A stretch of 62,901 nucleotides of DNA, counting the filler, from Bigelowiella natans CCMP2755 (taxonomy: Eukaryota; Protista; Cercozoa), in NCBI GenBank assembly GCA_000320545.1. It is 9 parts of 9 records of this genome, joined end to end, with 100 filler letters (N's around TTAATTAATTAA, not from the genome) between each part and the next. Parts side by side here need not be neighbours in the genome. Positions count along the whole stretch, not along the records: positions 40,074 to 52,699 come from ADNK01002449.1; positions 52,800 to 59,218 come from ADNK01001934.1; positions 59,319 to 60,859 come from ADNK01000538.1; positions 60,960 to 62,901 come from ADNK01000073.1; 5 more parts are not named here. The stretch is one strand, 5' to 3'. The notes beneath the pieces are model-generated. The model saw only the letters and a program-made list of their open reading frames with translations. It searched no databases and was not told the origin of the DNA. Positions 51,265 through 62,901 of the stretch are shown here, piece by piece (the stretch's first letter is position 1; every line of letters begins with the position of its first letter). The position numbers and the translations under genes are program-made.

Positions 51265-52612
51265 ATGGCAGATACGAAACACGGCGGGCCTAGGACGCCC
51301 ACTTGGGGAGAGCATGACGACATTCCAATGAATCCGGGATACTTTGATGAGGTAGCACAGTCTGGGTGCTGATAAACAGCTTTGGCCATTCATTTATAAC
51401 CTTGTTTCACGCTGAGTTCTGGTTGTGGGAATACAAGATATGCATAATCATAATCTACTGCAGTACCGATACCCCTACCATAATAGCTATTGATTTTTAG
51501 AGCCATCTGCATTTTGAAGATAGGAGAGTCGAACATCTTGAGCCTTCATCTTCCATTTCTTATAAGCTTCTCCCTTAGGACGTCAAGGTCGTCGTGCAAG
51601 ACGAGTACCAGATTCCAGTGAACGAGAAGAAAATAAACATAAAGAAGTTGGAGATTTCCAGAAAACAAATCGAGGTCAATCTCAACGAAGACGAAAAGGC
51701 AGATACGTTTGGTGGAATGAATCAAGGATCCCCCAGAAGTCTCGAATACAAAATCTCACAGGTAGTCTCGCTTCCTATAGCTGTATAGTTTACAGCTTCT
51801 GCTAGTACTCTGAAAATACATCAAACCCATTGCGCGATAACTTATCTAGTCTTCGTTCAAAAATTCCAACATTTTTGCTTGGCACATATTTACTATTAAG
51901 AATTAATAATTTACCTTTTGCAAATCCCAATACTTTTGCTTGACTGATGTGGGGATATCCATTCCCCGTACCGGTTCTCTTCATTGGGAAGAATCAACAC
52001 CAATCAGGAATGGGCATGTGGCGAGGCATAATGTCCGACGCCTGCGACCACAAATCATTCCTTGATAAAAATCCTATCATCCTGTATCTTGAGCACATTG
52101 GACGGCAAGTTTAGTATCATTTTTCACAAATAAGGAGTGCTTGCACTTTGTTTATCAGGAGAAGAATTTTGAAAACATTGACCGTATACCCATTCCTTCT
52201 GGGATTGACCGGGCGTTCCGAGAGCAGCAATGCGAGAGAAGCTTCATGGGTGTCTTCCCACAGATTCTTCGTGCTTATGTTACGATGGACAATAAGTTAT
52301 TCCTCTGGAACTGCATGGAGGTCAATACATATCAGAACAAAATAACCCCACAATAGCAACTTCTCTTTCGCTCTCTCAATCGATCTTTCCAATCCTCCCG
52401 CTAATCACACTTAATTCTTGCCCACTCGCTCTCTCCCCGCGCTCGAATCTTACGTGATATATCGTTCACCGCATGCTTGTTCGCCTGCTCTGCGTCTAAC
52501 CGCAGGCAAAAGGCTTCAATGTTTACAGTGAGATTGACCAACAAATCGTGAGCGTGGGGCTCGTCAAGCCGCACAAGCACCTCAACTTTTAGCGAAAATA
52601 GCTTCCTGGTAT
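51265..52612 (+). CDS. NUP155: Nucleoporin Nup155/Nup170, 5' part (continues into the gap at 52700)
   Basis: Exons give MADTKHGGPRTP..., DVKVVVQDEYQIP..., IPIPSGIDRAFREQQCERSFMGVFPQILRAYVTMDNKLFLWNC and FNVYSEIDQQIVSVGLVKP. These match Nup155 MGxFPEIxRAWLTIDxxIFxWN and ILAVGLVKP. Confidence 0.85.
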
Positions 52613-53149
52613 CACGAGTACATATCACCGTGCGAACGCAAATTCATCAATCCCATCGAATCTGCGTGTATATTTACCTTCGTTGCGGTGATAGTAGTGN
52701 NNNNNNNNNNNNNNNNNNNNNNNNNNNNNNNNNNNNNNNNNNNTTAATTAATTAANNNNNNNNNNNNNNNNNNNNNNNNNNNNNNNNNNNNNNNNNNNNT
52801 CTCGGGCAAAGTTGAATGGCACTCCCCTCTACGCACGGGGGGAAATCCCCGACCGAATTTTGCAAAACCGGTTAGGGCAATATCGGTGAGATCTTCTAGA
52901 GTAAGGACACTTCCCTTTTGCCAACCCACACCTCTCTATCTTTCTCTCCCTTCTCTTTAAATTCCTTTTCCACACCCGCCCCCAAGACCCATGTTTTTCA
53001 TTTTTAATAATATCAATTTTTCCAGCTACCTTGGGAGCATTCCCGGTTTTTTTCCCGCCAAACAGTCGCAACACACACACCCACAGACTTCACAAACACG
53101 CCCGCGTTTTAGTGTAAATACTTGAATCTATATATATAGAAGGTTTAAT

Positions 53150-53676
53150 AAAAAGCCATGGCCCTTGTAAAAATTTCCCTATTGTTAGGGGCAAAAAACG
53201 CTGAAAATGATGCTTTTCACGTTCCGAAAAAAAACGTGAGGGGGCAGGGGCGCGCCACCCTTTTATCGGTTAAAAATTTAACGGATGATCGGGTTTTGGA
53301 GACATTATTAAATTAAAGAAGACCCCGCAACCCGGCAAAATCCGAGGTTTTACGAAGGGGGGGGGGGGGGGGGGGTTGGAATATGTTTGTAAATTCATAG
53401 ACTGTATATATTTTTATTTTGTGTTTTTTTTTTTAAATACACTTTTCAACCTTCTGTATGTATCGACGATGAGGCGACCCACTCCCCACCTGAAGGCAGC
53501 GAGATTAGCATTGATTTCAAGGAAGGTAGTATCGTCGAGTTGAGGGTGCTGGGAGATATGCATCATTGGAAGAACTTCGACTCCCCGGATATGCACTTAG
53601 GCGCACAGAGAAAATGAATTAAAAAACAAACACACTATACACACACGCACATACATATACATATATAATATATGTA

Positions 53677-53715
<39 letters not shown>

Positions 53716-53828
53716 TATATTCGAGAATATATTCACTTTAAAGGCCCAATATCGTTAACTTGCCAGAGCTCAGGATACGCAACCCTACCCTAGAAACACA
53801 GTTGCACACACAAATACACAAATCACTG

Positions 53829-53859
<31 letters not shown>

Positions 53860-55580
53860 CACTATGCTCACTGCATACTATCAGTAAATAAATACATAAA
53901 TAAAGGCAAAACTCCTATATCACGCCACGCAACGAAGAAAGCGATTGCATGGTAAACAGCTCTAGGGCCCTTTTTCAACCTCGGGAAATAGATGAAACCA
54001 GTCGCCACGACTTAAATGGCCTGCATTTGAGTCGTAGAAAGAAAGAAACAGCAGCGTCGTAGAAACAAACGAACAAAGAGCACCCATGGAGAATGCGTGA
54101 GAGATCGGGCACGGACTAGTTATTAGCGGAAAGGCCTCGAAGGTGCTACCGACCTATGGCTTGATCTACACCGATTTGGCGGATTCCCTGGCCTCGATAA
54201 ATAGGGAAGATCTTCCCCGTGAGCCAGAAGAAATCGGTTAGTTTACTTCGGGATGGAAAGCATACCTGGGTGGCGCGAGCAGCATACATTGCCGCGGCCG
54301 ATTGAAGTAGGAAATGTGTAGTAGTTGTTGTAGTAGTAGTAGTAGTTGTATCGAAATTAGTCGGATATAATATGAGGGCCATGTACGATGAGAAGTCGTT
54401 GATGATACATGCATACATAACTCGCACAGAAACACACGCACACACACACACACACACAATCGCTAACCAAACGAAGTCTGAATTCCAGAACAGACTTTTT
54501 AAAAAAAGGGGAAAGAAAAAAAAAAAGGCTTTTCGCTTCTTCATCATCCGCTGGTAAATATTGCTCGGCGACACGCAACCTCCAACGAAAAAAAATTAAG
54601 AAACCGTAGGTGTTCTCCCATTCTCATGCTGCCTAATTTGCCATCTCTCATCATCACTCCGAAACAAAAACAACTAACACCGACCTCTGCTGTGCACCAC
54701 CCCCATCTTAACGCTAATTCCACATCAATCACCACAAAACAGCAATTGGCTATTATCAGTAAAGAACAAGAGCAGAAGAACCATGGCGAAAGCATTCTCT
54801 CCCACTTCCTTAAAACGACGAGGAGATCGTTGACGCCGCATCACCTCTGAGGCTGTCTCCGAACTCTATATGACTGCAACCGCAACGCCTCCCTTCCTTA
54901 TCTTTCAAAACTCACCGTGGAAGTCGAAGAAATGAGAGCGCTTCAGCAAGAAGGAAAGAATGAATGGGTCGTCAACTATCGATGCGTGGTTGGCCACCGT
55001 AATCACGCCAACGTTCTACGAAACAGACGTGGAACGTGTATAAGTCAGTATGAAGAATGTATTTCTCTAAAGGGAAAAAGTGAAAGTGCTGCTCAGAGTT
55101 TGATGTACAATACCATTCCCCCACACACGCACAACTGTCTGTGTGTGTGAGTGTGTGTACATAAATAGATATCAAGAAATCCAGACAAAAGCGCTTTACA
55201 AACTGTGTGTTGCCAAATTGTGGCGGGATGAAAATAATCGATGTTTCGCTTTCGTTTAGGGTGCCGTGTTTTGCAGAGCTAAGAAAAACTGCCGCACATC
55301 GTCTCTGTTGATAACTGCATCTTGAAACTTGGTTTCGCTGCCGTATGTGCGCACCTGTTCATAAGACACATTCTTCATTCCCAGAGTATTCTACCTTTTT
55401 TTTTAGATTGTCCAATAATATATACTATTTATGTAAATATGTATATATATATATATATAATATGTGTGTGTGTGTAAATATAAATAGCAGGGGTTTGATA
55501 GCAAACTAGTAACTTTTTAACCTATGTTTCGAAGATGTAGACGACGATGAAATAGAAGACGGTTATAAATATTCACACAC

Positions 55581-55654
<74 letters not shown>

Positions 55655-56183
55655 CAGAGGAGGGGGAGGGGGAGGGGCGCTCTATATTGAAGCACGTGTA
55701 CACTGCGTTATTCTCTCCTTCCTCCCCCTCTCCACCCCCTTCCCCCCCCCCTCTCTCTCGGTATCAATATCTATGATTGTGTGTATGTGTTCAAATGGGC
55801 ATGTTTTCGATTGTTTTCGCTATCATTATCATGCGTCGTCATCGTCTTGCTCGTTGTGATGTTATTACGTCGAAAAATAGCCCCAGGTACCGCACAGATG
55901 CCACGACGGCGGCCGCCGTCAGCTTCCGCAGCCCGTAACATATCCCTCTACCATCATAGTTGCTCTTAGTATCGAAAGCGCCGACAAGTTATAACGAAGA
56001 AAGTGGATGAAATGGATTGGTGTTTTTCCGAAATTACCCGCACATCAGACTTGTCTGCATATCTTTGCCATCATCCTGAAGCTTAGGCGACCACATACGC
56101 GCTGATCGAGAGGCAGGCCGTTTTTTTGGATTACCTCCCTCACTGCAGTCGCCCCCCTCACCCAAGCTTGAGGCCTCCTCCAT
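53150..56183 (-). CDS. TAZ: Tafazzin family phospholipid transacylase (3' end in low-quality sequence at the gap)
   Basis: Exons give VITVANHASIVDDPFILS (HxxxxD), AARATQVCFPSRSKLTDFFWLTGKIFPIYRGQGIRQIGVDQAIG, HLSRGDWFHLFPE-GRV and FRWGVGRLIVD. ATG (MEEASSLG) at 56183 is inferred. Confidence 0.88.
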
Positions 56184-56936
56184 CTCTAGGCTCTGGGGAG
56201 AGACGTGCCACGGGCAGGACCTAGCCGCAGACTCCTAGAAAAAATGGTAAAATTTTATACGATATATTCTCGATAATTAACCGTATTATTCACACATATT
56301 CTGTTCGCCACGTTTCCAATTCTAAAACTCACCTTTGGAAAAAGCATAGCAGGTTTATCCCAAGAACATGCTGCCACTCTTTCTCTTTTTGCGTTTTGGA
56401 AGCCGAGCCAACCTCACGAGCGAATGGGCGGACGTTTTGGGTGAAAGTGAAAAGTCATTTATTGTCGCAATATATGTATTTCCCATATCGCTTACCTAGT
56501 TACTGCTGAAAATCTAGAAATTGTTTATGTCGTAGAGATAAAAACGCCTATTATCGTAATGGAAGACAGAAGATTTATAAGTAATTTATTTTTTCGTGCA
56601 TGGCGCACAGCCGAGTCCGCCTCTAACGCAGACAGGTCCTCACGTTTATCCATCCTGCAGGCTCTTCCCCCCACACACACAAGGGTGTTTTATTTTTCAA
56701 ATTTGAATCCACGATAGAATGTGGTGATGGGAACGGGGAAGAATCATAAAAACGTTTTTGAAAAACGGACTTTCTGCAGCAACTGCGTGTTTGATTTACG
56801 TGTGAAGAGCGATAGGGAATATAACTTGATTCATCACACCCTGACAAAGTGACACTCTCCTTCAACTTTTGTGTTCTTCTTTCTACAGCCAAAACTGACG
56901 GACTGGACACCCCCTCGTTCGGTGCGCGGATAATAA

Positions 56937-58149
56937 ATGCCATCAAGAACGGCAAATTCAGTAAACGGAGGTGGAGGAGGTGGGGCCATGTTTCGAAAGA
57001 AACGGCCATTGAATAACGACGGCAAGTCTGGCAACATAAAGCCTGTTAAGAAAAGCATCGTCATTCGCAAGAAGCAAAAGCTGTCTGATACCACCCGCAC
57101 GAGGGGCTCCTCCCCATCGGTAATTATTCGCGCAGATGAGAGCAAGCGGGAAGGGGGATAGGGACGAAAAGAAACAGGGAGCACAGCGTCGCATTTAGGC
57201 CTTAGACTTAGCTTTAGTCTTAAGGTGTAGCGGTCGTACATCTAACCTCTATTTCGTTGATATAGGGGAGAGGTTCCTCGAAGGGGGGGAAGAACGGAGC
57301 AAAGAGGCGCGAGAAGACGGCGGTATAGATTCAGATGCAATCCATATTGCTGCTGCTGCTGCTGCTGATGATGATGATGATGCTGATGATAATGATGATG
57401 GGAAGGACAACGGGACGCCCCACCCCGACAACATGATAAGAGCCCTTTATTGCTGATCTCTCGAACGTCTCCCCCCATTAAGAATTAACACCAGGCAAAA
57501 ATGGAAGTTGAAGAAATGGGTGAAAAGAATGGACCGCACCAAGATAAAACAGAACAGAGCGCGGCTGGGGCAGCTCCTATAACGCCAAAACTCCTTTTCA
57601 CCGGGGAGGACATTGAGGTAGCTGTACGATTCTACTCACGGTGCAGGGGGGGGGGGGGGTCTTTTGTTCTCATTACGTGATGTTTAAACGCACTAAGGAT
57701 GATTGAAATAATCTTACTTCAGCTCGATGAGCAGCCTCTCATATCAACGAAATCATCCTTCAAGGATCTGACGTAAGGACTCTCAATAACAATATATAAA
57801 ACAACTATTTTAGAGGGGGGAGGGGGTTGCCGCAATAGAAGGGAACTTTAGCCGTGTTTTCAGCACTATGAAAAAGTATTTGGAGAGGAATAAAGGAAAT
57901 GATAAAACACACGGAGGATGCTTTCGATATCACATTGCGTATGCAAAAGTCCCGCACCACGAATTTTGCCTCTATGGTTTTCCCCCTCCTCCTCCTAAAT
58001 CTCTCCAACAACAATTTTCAGATATAGGAGCATAATAGAGATTGCGACATTTCTTGACCCGATCGAAATCACACAACTCTCTCTCTGCTCGAAGCTGATG
58101 TACCCTCTTACGCGGCACTCGACGGTAATAAGGGATTTGGTAGTGGGGT

Positions 58150-58200
<51 letters not shown>

Positions 58201-58508
58201 CTCTCTCTCTCTCCCCTCTATTTCTCCGTCTCCCATACATAAAAAAACATATGCTAAAAGGCAATAGGAGCAACACGCACAGCGAGATTAGAAGTCAAAC
58301 GCATCGTTATCTAGACACCTGCAATAGGGTATTTGTATCACCTTCCCCCCCCCCCCCTCATCTTTTTCTCCCCCTCTCTCTCTTCCCCTTAGATATGGGC
58401 GATACACTACCGTAAAACAATGAGCTCTATCATTTCGGCTAAAGCGCCAAGAACAAACGAGTGGACGCTCAGGGAGAAGGCCTTGTGGCAGGTATCAAGA
58501 CTGTGTAT

Positions 58509-58543
<35 letters not shown>

Positions 58544-59136
58544 GGCGAGTGTGTGAGTGCTTTTGCCATATTCGCGGTGCTACTACTACTACAATAAGTA
58601 TGTGCGAGGAGAAGGCCAGTGTTCCCCGATATGTTGTAGTTGTTGTTGTTGTAGTTTGAAAGAAAGAGAGAGAGAGAGAGAGGCTCGTTTAATACAGCGG
58701 AGTCCTTGCAAAACGGCATCACATCACAGATCTGAACCGCAAGTGTTGGTCCTTCACCCCCCCCCCTCTCCCCTTTTTTTCCATCTCCTCGCTTTCTCTC
58801 TTTTCCCTTCGCGGGGAACCGTGAGGACGGAACAGTGAAAAGACTAATGCAAACACCTTCCAACGTCTTAGTTCGCCACGTCCAGCAAGCTACGTGTACG
58901 CGCCAAGAAAAGAGAGCAGAAAAAGGCTGAAGAAGCAGCAGCAGCAGCCGCCGCCGCCTCGGAGGACGGGGAGGGGGGGGGGAAGACAACGAAGAAATCC
59001 AAAACGCGGCAGCACCCAGGAGGTGATTGGTGCTAGATGAGTGGTGATTGTCGTGTTTTGTCGAGATTGAAAGTCTGCTGTCCGGGGAACTCTTCTTGAT
59101 ATTTGTTGCGGCTAATTATTAAGCAGTGCAATATGA

Positions 59137-59178
<42 letters not shown>

Positions 59179-59597
59179 ATATGTATATATAGTTCTCCTT
59201 ATTTGCCTTTTGCCATCTNNNNNNNNNNNNNNNNNNNNNNNNNNNNNNNNNNNNNNNNNNNNTTAATTAATTAANNNNNNNNNNNNNNNNNNNNNNNNNN
59301 NNNNNNNNNNNNNNNNNNGACCATTGAAACCAATGGTACATTGCATATTACATCCGTCTCGGGAGCAGTGGAAGGTGAGGAAGGTGCGGAAGAGGAGAAG
59401 GAGGAGGAGGAGGAGTACGAGACTGAGGTTTTACAACATTGGCTAGGCAATATCTAGCCGTCGAAAGCTCGGGTGAACAACCAACGTGACTCTTTTCCCG
59501 CGACCCGATCAACCGTAAAAGAGCCATCATCGATGCTCTCGCTCACACCGCACACGCACACACGCACACACACACACACACACACGTTCTCTGCACT

Positions 59598-59638
<41 letters not shown>

Positions 59639-60381
59639 AGTCAAGACTCACCGGCCCCGATGTCGAGCATGAGGAGCTCCTCCCCCACCCGTGATCGGAG
59701 GGTATCATCCGCGGCCTACGTATCAGCGAAATCGCATCACTTTCATCACTCACTATCATGATTCATTATCATCACTCTTCCCATCTTCTTCTTCTTCTTC
59801 TTCTTCTTCTTCTTTATCGTCATCATTTTAGGCGATTTAAGTTATAATTCACCCAGAGCCTCGTCTTGATGTGAGGCACGTCCTCTAAAAACTGCAATTC
59901 CTGGGGGGGGGAGGGGTAAAGGCGTTCACAAAGCATGCCCGTAAATTATCGTCATCATTCACTCATGAGAGATAACAACACGCAGCGCCGTCGTATAAAG
60001 GATGGGTATGCTAGCGTGAGCGTCTGCTTGCTGGGAAAGAGATGAAGAATGATTCTGTGTTTGTATGTGTGTGTGTGTGTGCGTGTGTGTGTGTGAGTGT
60101 GTGTGTGCGTATACGTGGGAAAAGATGGTTCACGGTAATATATCAGATCAGGAGGATGATATGCTGTTGTGATGATGACGATGATGATGATGATGATGGT
60201 GATGATAGTGGTGATATTCTCCTGCACCTGGAATTGCATCGGGTCTTCTCCTATAAATAGCATCAATAACAACAATATAAGCAATGGTGGTGGATAAATC
60301 AAAAAGCATAAAAGTACTTCAACACCTCTCTATATCCCTCTTCTCCTCCCCCCCCCCCCTTCTCTCTCTCTCTCTCTCACT

Positions 60382-60445
<64 letters not shown>

Positions 60446-60598
60446 ATATACTATTATAACACTGCATATCCTTCTGACGGCGACCGTGAGCATCAACACG
60501 CATCATCATCAGGCTTATCACCTCATGTCATACCGCGGGGGAGGGCTCCGACGTTCTTCGCATATGCGGTCCCCTTCGCAACCGCAGCCGTCGACGCC

Positions 60599-60638
<40 letters not shown>

Positions 60639-60859
60639 CAACAACAACAACAATCACAACAACATCAAAAAGGATCTCCTCAACGCCAAAAGCCAACAAA
60701 CGACCGCCAGCGTCATCGTCATCGTCGCCGCCGCCGCCGCCGCAGCAGCAGCAGCAGCGGCAGTTATCATCCCAGAAAAGCACTCTATTATCACCATCGA
60801 GTAGTAGCAGCAGCGGGTCAGCCAGACGGCCTGGACAACATGTCCGCAGTCAGTAGCGG
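56937..60859 (+). CDS. F-box protein with low-complexity (poly-Q/E/A/S) N- and C-terminal regions; crosses the gap at 59219, 3' structure uncertain
   Basis: Splicing 57771 to 58021 and 58127 to 58394 gives SSFKDLTYRSIIEIATFLDPIEITQLSLCSKLMYPLTRHSTIWAIHYRK, an F-box pattern. The first exon has a basic NLS-like stretch, FRKKRP...IRKKQK. Confidence 0.65.
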
Positions 60860-61019
60860 NNNNNNNNNNNNNNNNNNNNNNNNNNNNNNNNNNNNNNNNN
60901 NNNTTAATTAATTAANNNNNNNNNNNNNNNNNNNNNNNNNNNNNNNNNNNNNNNNNNNNCCGCCATCCCCGCATTGGCTTGTGACAAACCACCTTGAGAG
61001 CAATCATTCATACTTTGCG

Positions 61020-61379
61020 AAATAAGTAGGTCGACGGACTTGGACTCCCAAGTCGACATCTCACATGATCGTGGCGGAGGGGGAGGGGGAGGGGGAAAGG
61101 AATGGTGGATTATTCAATGGCGCATCACCCCAAGCAAGAAGATACATTTATTCGGCGACTTTTCCTTCTTCAGGAACTATAGAAAATATATTTTTATTAT
61201 AATATAGATATATCGTGCGGTATAGAGGGGGGATAAGAGAGAGCATTGTGCGGAGATAACAAGTAGTACCTTGACTGTGCTCGTGAGGACATCTGCGACG
61301 ATCGAGTCCAAGAAACGGCATCTTCCCTATCATTCGCACATATACAGCACGCGTATACACGTACATAACCAAGATATAA

Positions 61380-61416
<37 letters not shown>

Positions 61417-61674
61417 AACAGTTCAGCATATGCTTCAATTCTGTCAGCACTACCCTCTTCACCATGACCGCCATTCTCACCATCATCATCGTCATCATTG
61501 TCATCGTCGTCATCATCATTATCATCATCATCGATCTATTCTCGCTTACAAAAGGCGATATGAGGACGTGCCCGAGCGACTGTACTAGAACCCTACAAGC
61601 ACGTGAAGAGACGATGATCATCTTCAGAGAGACCCGACGAGGATGAACATCACCAAAATGCACGCGCACACAGA

Positions 61675-61711
<37 letters not shown>

Positions 61712-61953
61712 TACAGGGCTACCCTCAACCAAAAAGAGGAAAAACGACGAGGATGACGCAGCCCTTACGAGTAGTTGTTCCAACGACTCGAAAGGGAGGG
61801 GAAGGCCCAGCCGGTGAGGATGTGCGACAAGAAATACAGCAGCAAAACCGTCGGAAATGCAACCGGGTGAACCCACTCTGTGAGTGTAAACTCCTGAAAC
61901 ACGGCATCATGCGTATGTCAGCGAGGCTGCTGCATCACAATTACAGTATTTAT

Positions 61954-61992
<39 letters not shown>

Positions 61993-62211
61993 GTTGTGAT
62001 TAGATATTTAGCTAGGGAGGAATAAGTATGGCAATGCACACACGCACACACACACACACACACACGCACACACACGCACACACACGCACACACACGCACA
62101 CACGCGCACATACACTACCTCCTGTGTCAGGTAGAGAAACAGGTTCGCCGAGTATATCAGCATATTATTTAGCGCAACCTCGATCATCTTGGAAGAGGGA
62201 GGGGGGGGGGA

Positions 62212-62252
<41 letters not shown>

Positions 62253-62345
62253 TTGATATATTCACGTCGCATCTTTACCGGTATCTTTAATCCATACACA
62301 ACATACACACCATATTTACGGAGATATAAATATTGTGTAAAAAAA

Positions 62346-62390
<45 letters not shown>

Positions 62391-62713
62391 ATTGTTTCAC
62401 CTGGACGTCAGTAAGGCGCTTTCTGGGATTAAACTGCACGCACATCCAAAAACTCCGCATTAAAAGAAATCATGCTTCATAGCGACCATCGTGAATACAC
62501 GCGCTAGCACCACACCACACAGCACAGCACAACACGCACACGTGCACGTGCACGTCATTTTGACGACTCCAGCGAAGATCGTAGCGGCTGCGGCTACATG
62601 AGCACTTGGGTGGACAAGCTGCACGTACTTCAAATATGTAGACGTAGTTAATGCGCTTCTTCTGCCAGAAATGGATGTTAAGCCCCCACAGAAATCTAAA
62701 GAATGGTGAGGTG

Positions 62714-62753
<40 letters not shown>

Positions 62754-62901
62754 TTATAAGCGCGACACGCAAGGGAAATGCGTACCGACGAAACATCGCT
62801 CATCAGAATGATCTTCTTTTAATAGTGAATCGTGTTTATTCATCGTCGTTTTACGGTATGAGGAGAAGAAATCCAAGGCCTCGATACGTCTCGTAAGCAG
62901 G
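61020..62901 (-). CDS. EXS-domain membrane protein (ERD1/XPR1/SYG1/PHO1 family), internal part; 5' end beyond the window
   Basis: Exons give MIEVALNNMLIYSANLFLYLTQE-EFTLTEWVHPVAFPTVLLLYFLSHILTGWAFPSLSSRWNNYS-VLVQSLGHVLISPF-GRCRFLDSIVADVLTSTVK. This matches the EXS motif vlxaPFxxVxFxDfxlADqLTSxv. Confidence 0.75.

Noticed and set aside
51802-51984. 60-aa antisense ORF inside a NUP155 intron (possible nested gene)
   Set aside because: It is short, has no recognisable motif or splice context, and has an upstream in-frame stop, so it is compatible with chance.
52587-52592. In-frame TAG in a NUP155 exon
   Set aside because: It sits in a T-run 110 bp from a gap, and removing one T restores the frame to the next donor. 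The gene is essential, so an error is the likely cause.
52800-53400. Odd homopolymer-rich sequence that looks foreign
   Set aside because: It is a low-quality read end. A garbled tafazzin-like (Y/H)KGM motif is still visible on the minus strand near 53160.
57864-57976. AG/GT-flanked open segment within the F-box intron
   Set aside because: At 113 nt it would shift the frame and split the F-box. Skipping it gives a clean domain, and there is no evidence it is used.

Overview
This is eukaryotic nuclear scaffold DNA from a gene-dense, very intron-rich protist. It uses the standard genetic code and GT-AG introns, many of them packed with (TA)n, (CA/TG)n, (GA/CT)n, (CAT)n, (TAG)n and G/C runs. 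A chlorarachniophyte-like alga is a guess from sequence style only and is unverified. Eight 100-nt placeholder gaps (44 N + TTAATTAATTAA + 44 N) interrupt it, so several genes are partial and sequence near the gaps is error-prone. Hand-splicing supports 18 protein genes. In order: unknown (-), Vwaint-Vint Hint protein (+), dynein roadblock (-), TPGS2 (+), RasGEF (-), intronless coiled-coil/kelch protein (-), APE1/ExoIII (+), Borealin-like (-), ankyrin/EF-hand-like (+), intronless secreted LVIVD-like propeller (-), EF-hand/mitochondrial carrier fusion (+), GRK-like AGC kinase with CaaX (+), inositol polyphosphate 5-phosphatase (-), acyl-CoA dehydrogenase (-), UFD2/UBE4 (+), N-myristoyl/WW protein (-), NUP155 (+) and tafazzin (-). 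An F-box protein (+) and an EXS-domain protein (-) follow, making 20 genes in total. No rRNA, tRNA, CRISPR array or transposase was recognised. Most of the supplied ORF track is microsatellite read-through. The observations most worth following up are: (1) a kelch propeller built from near-identical 150-bp DNA units with hypervariable, apparently shuffled surface loops; (2) a (T)TGCGACA(A) motif recurring in the short head-to-head promoters, paired with (GCTA)n/CATG/TGCA-rich spacers at gene 3' ends; (3) a Hint-like Vint protein with its catalytic Cys and His intact; (4) an EF-hand fused to a carnitine/basic-amino-acid-type carrier. All exon boundaries were spliced by hand and all motif counts were made by eye.
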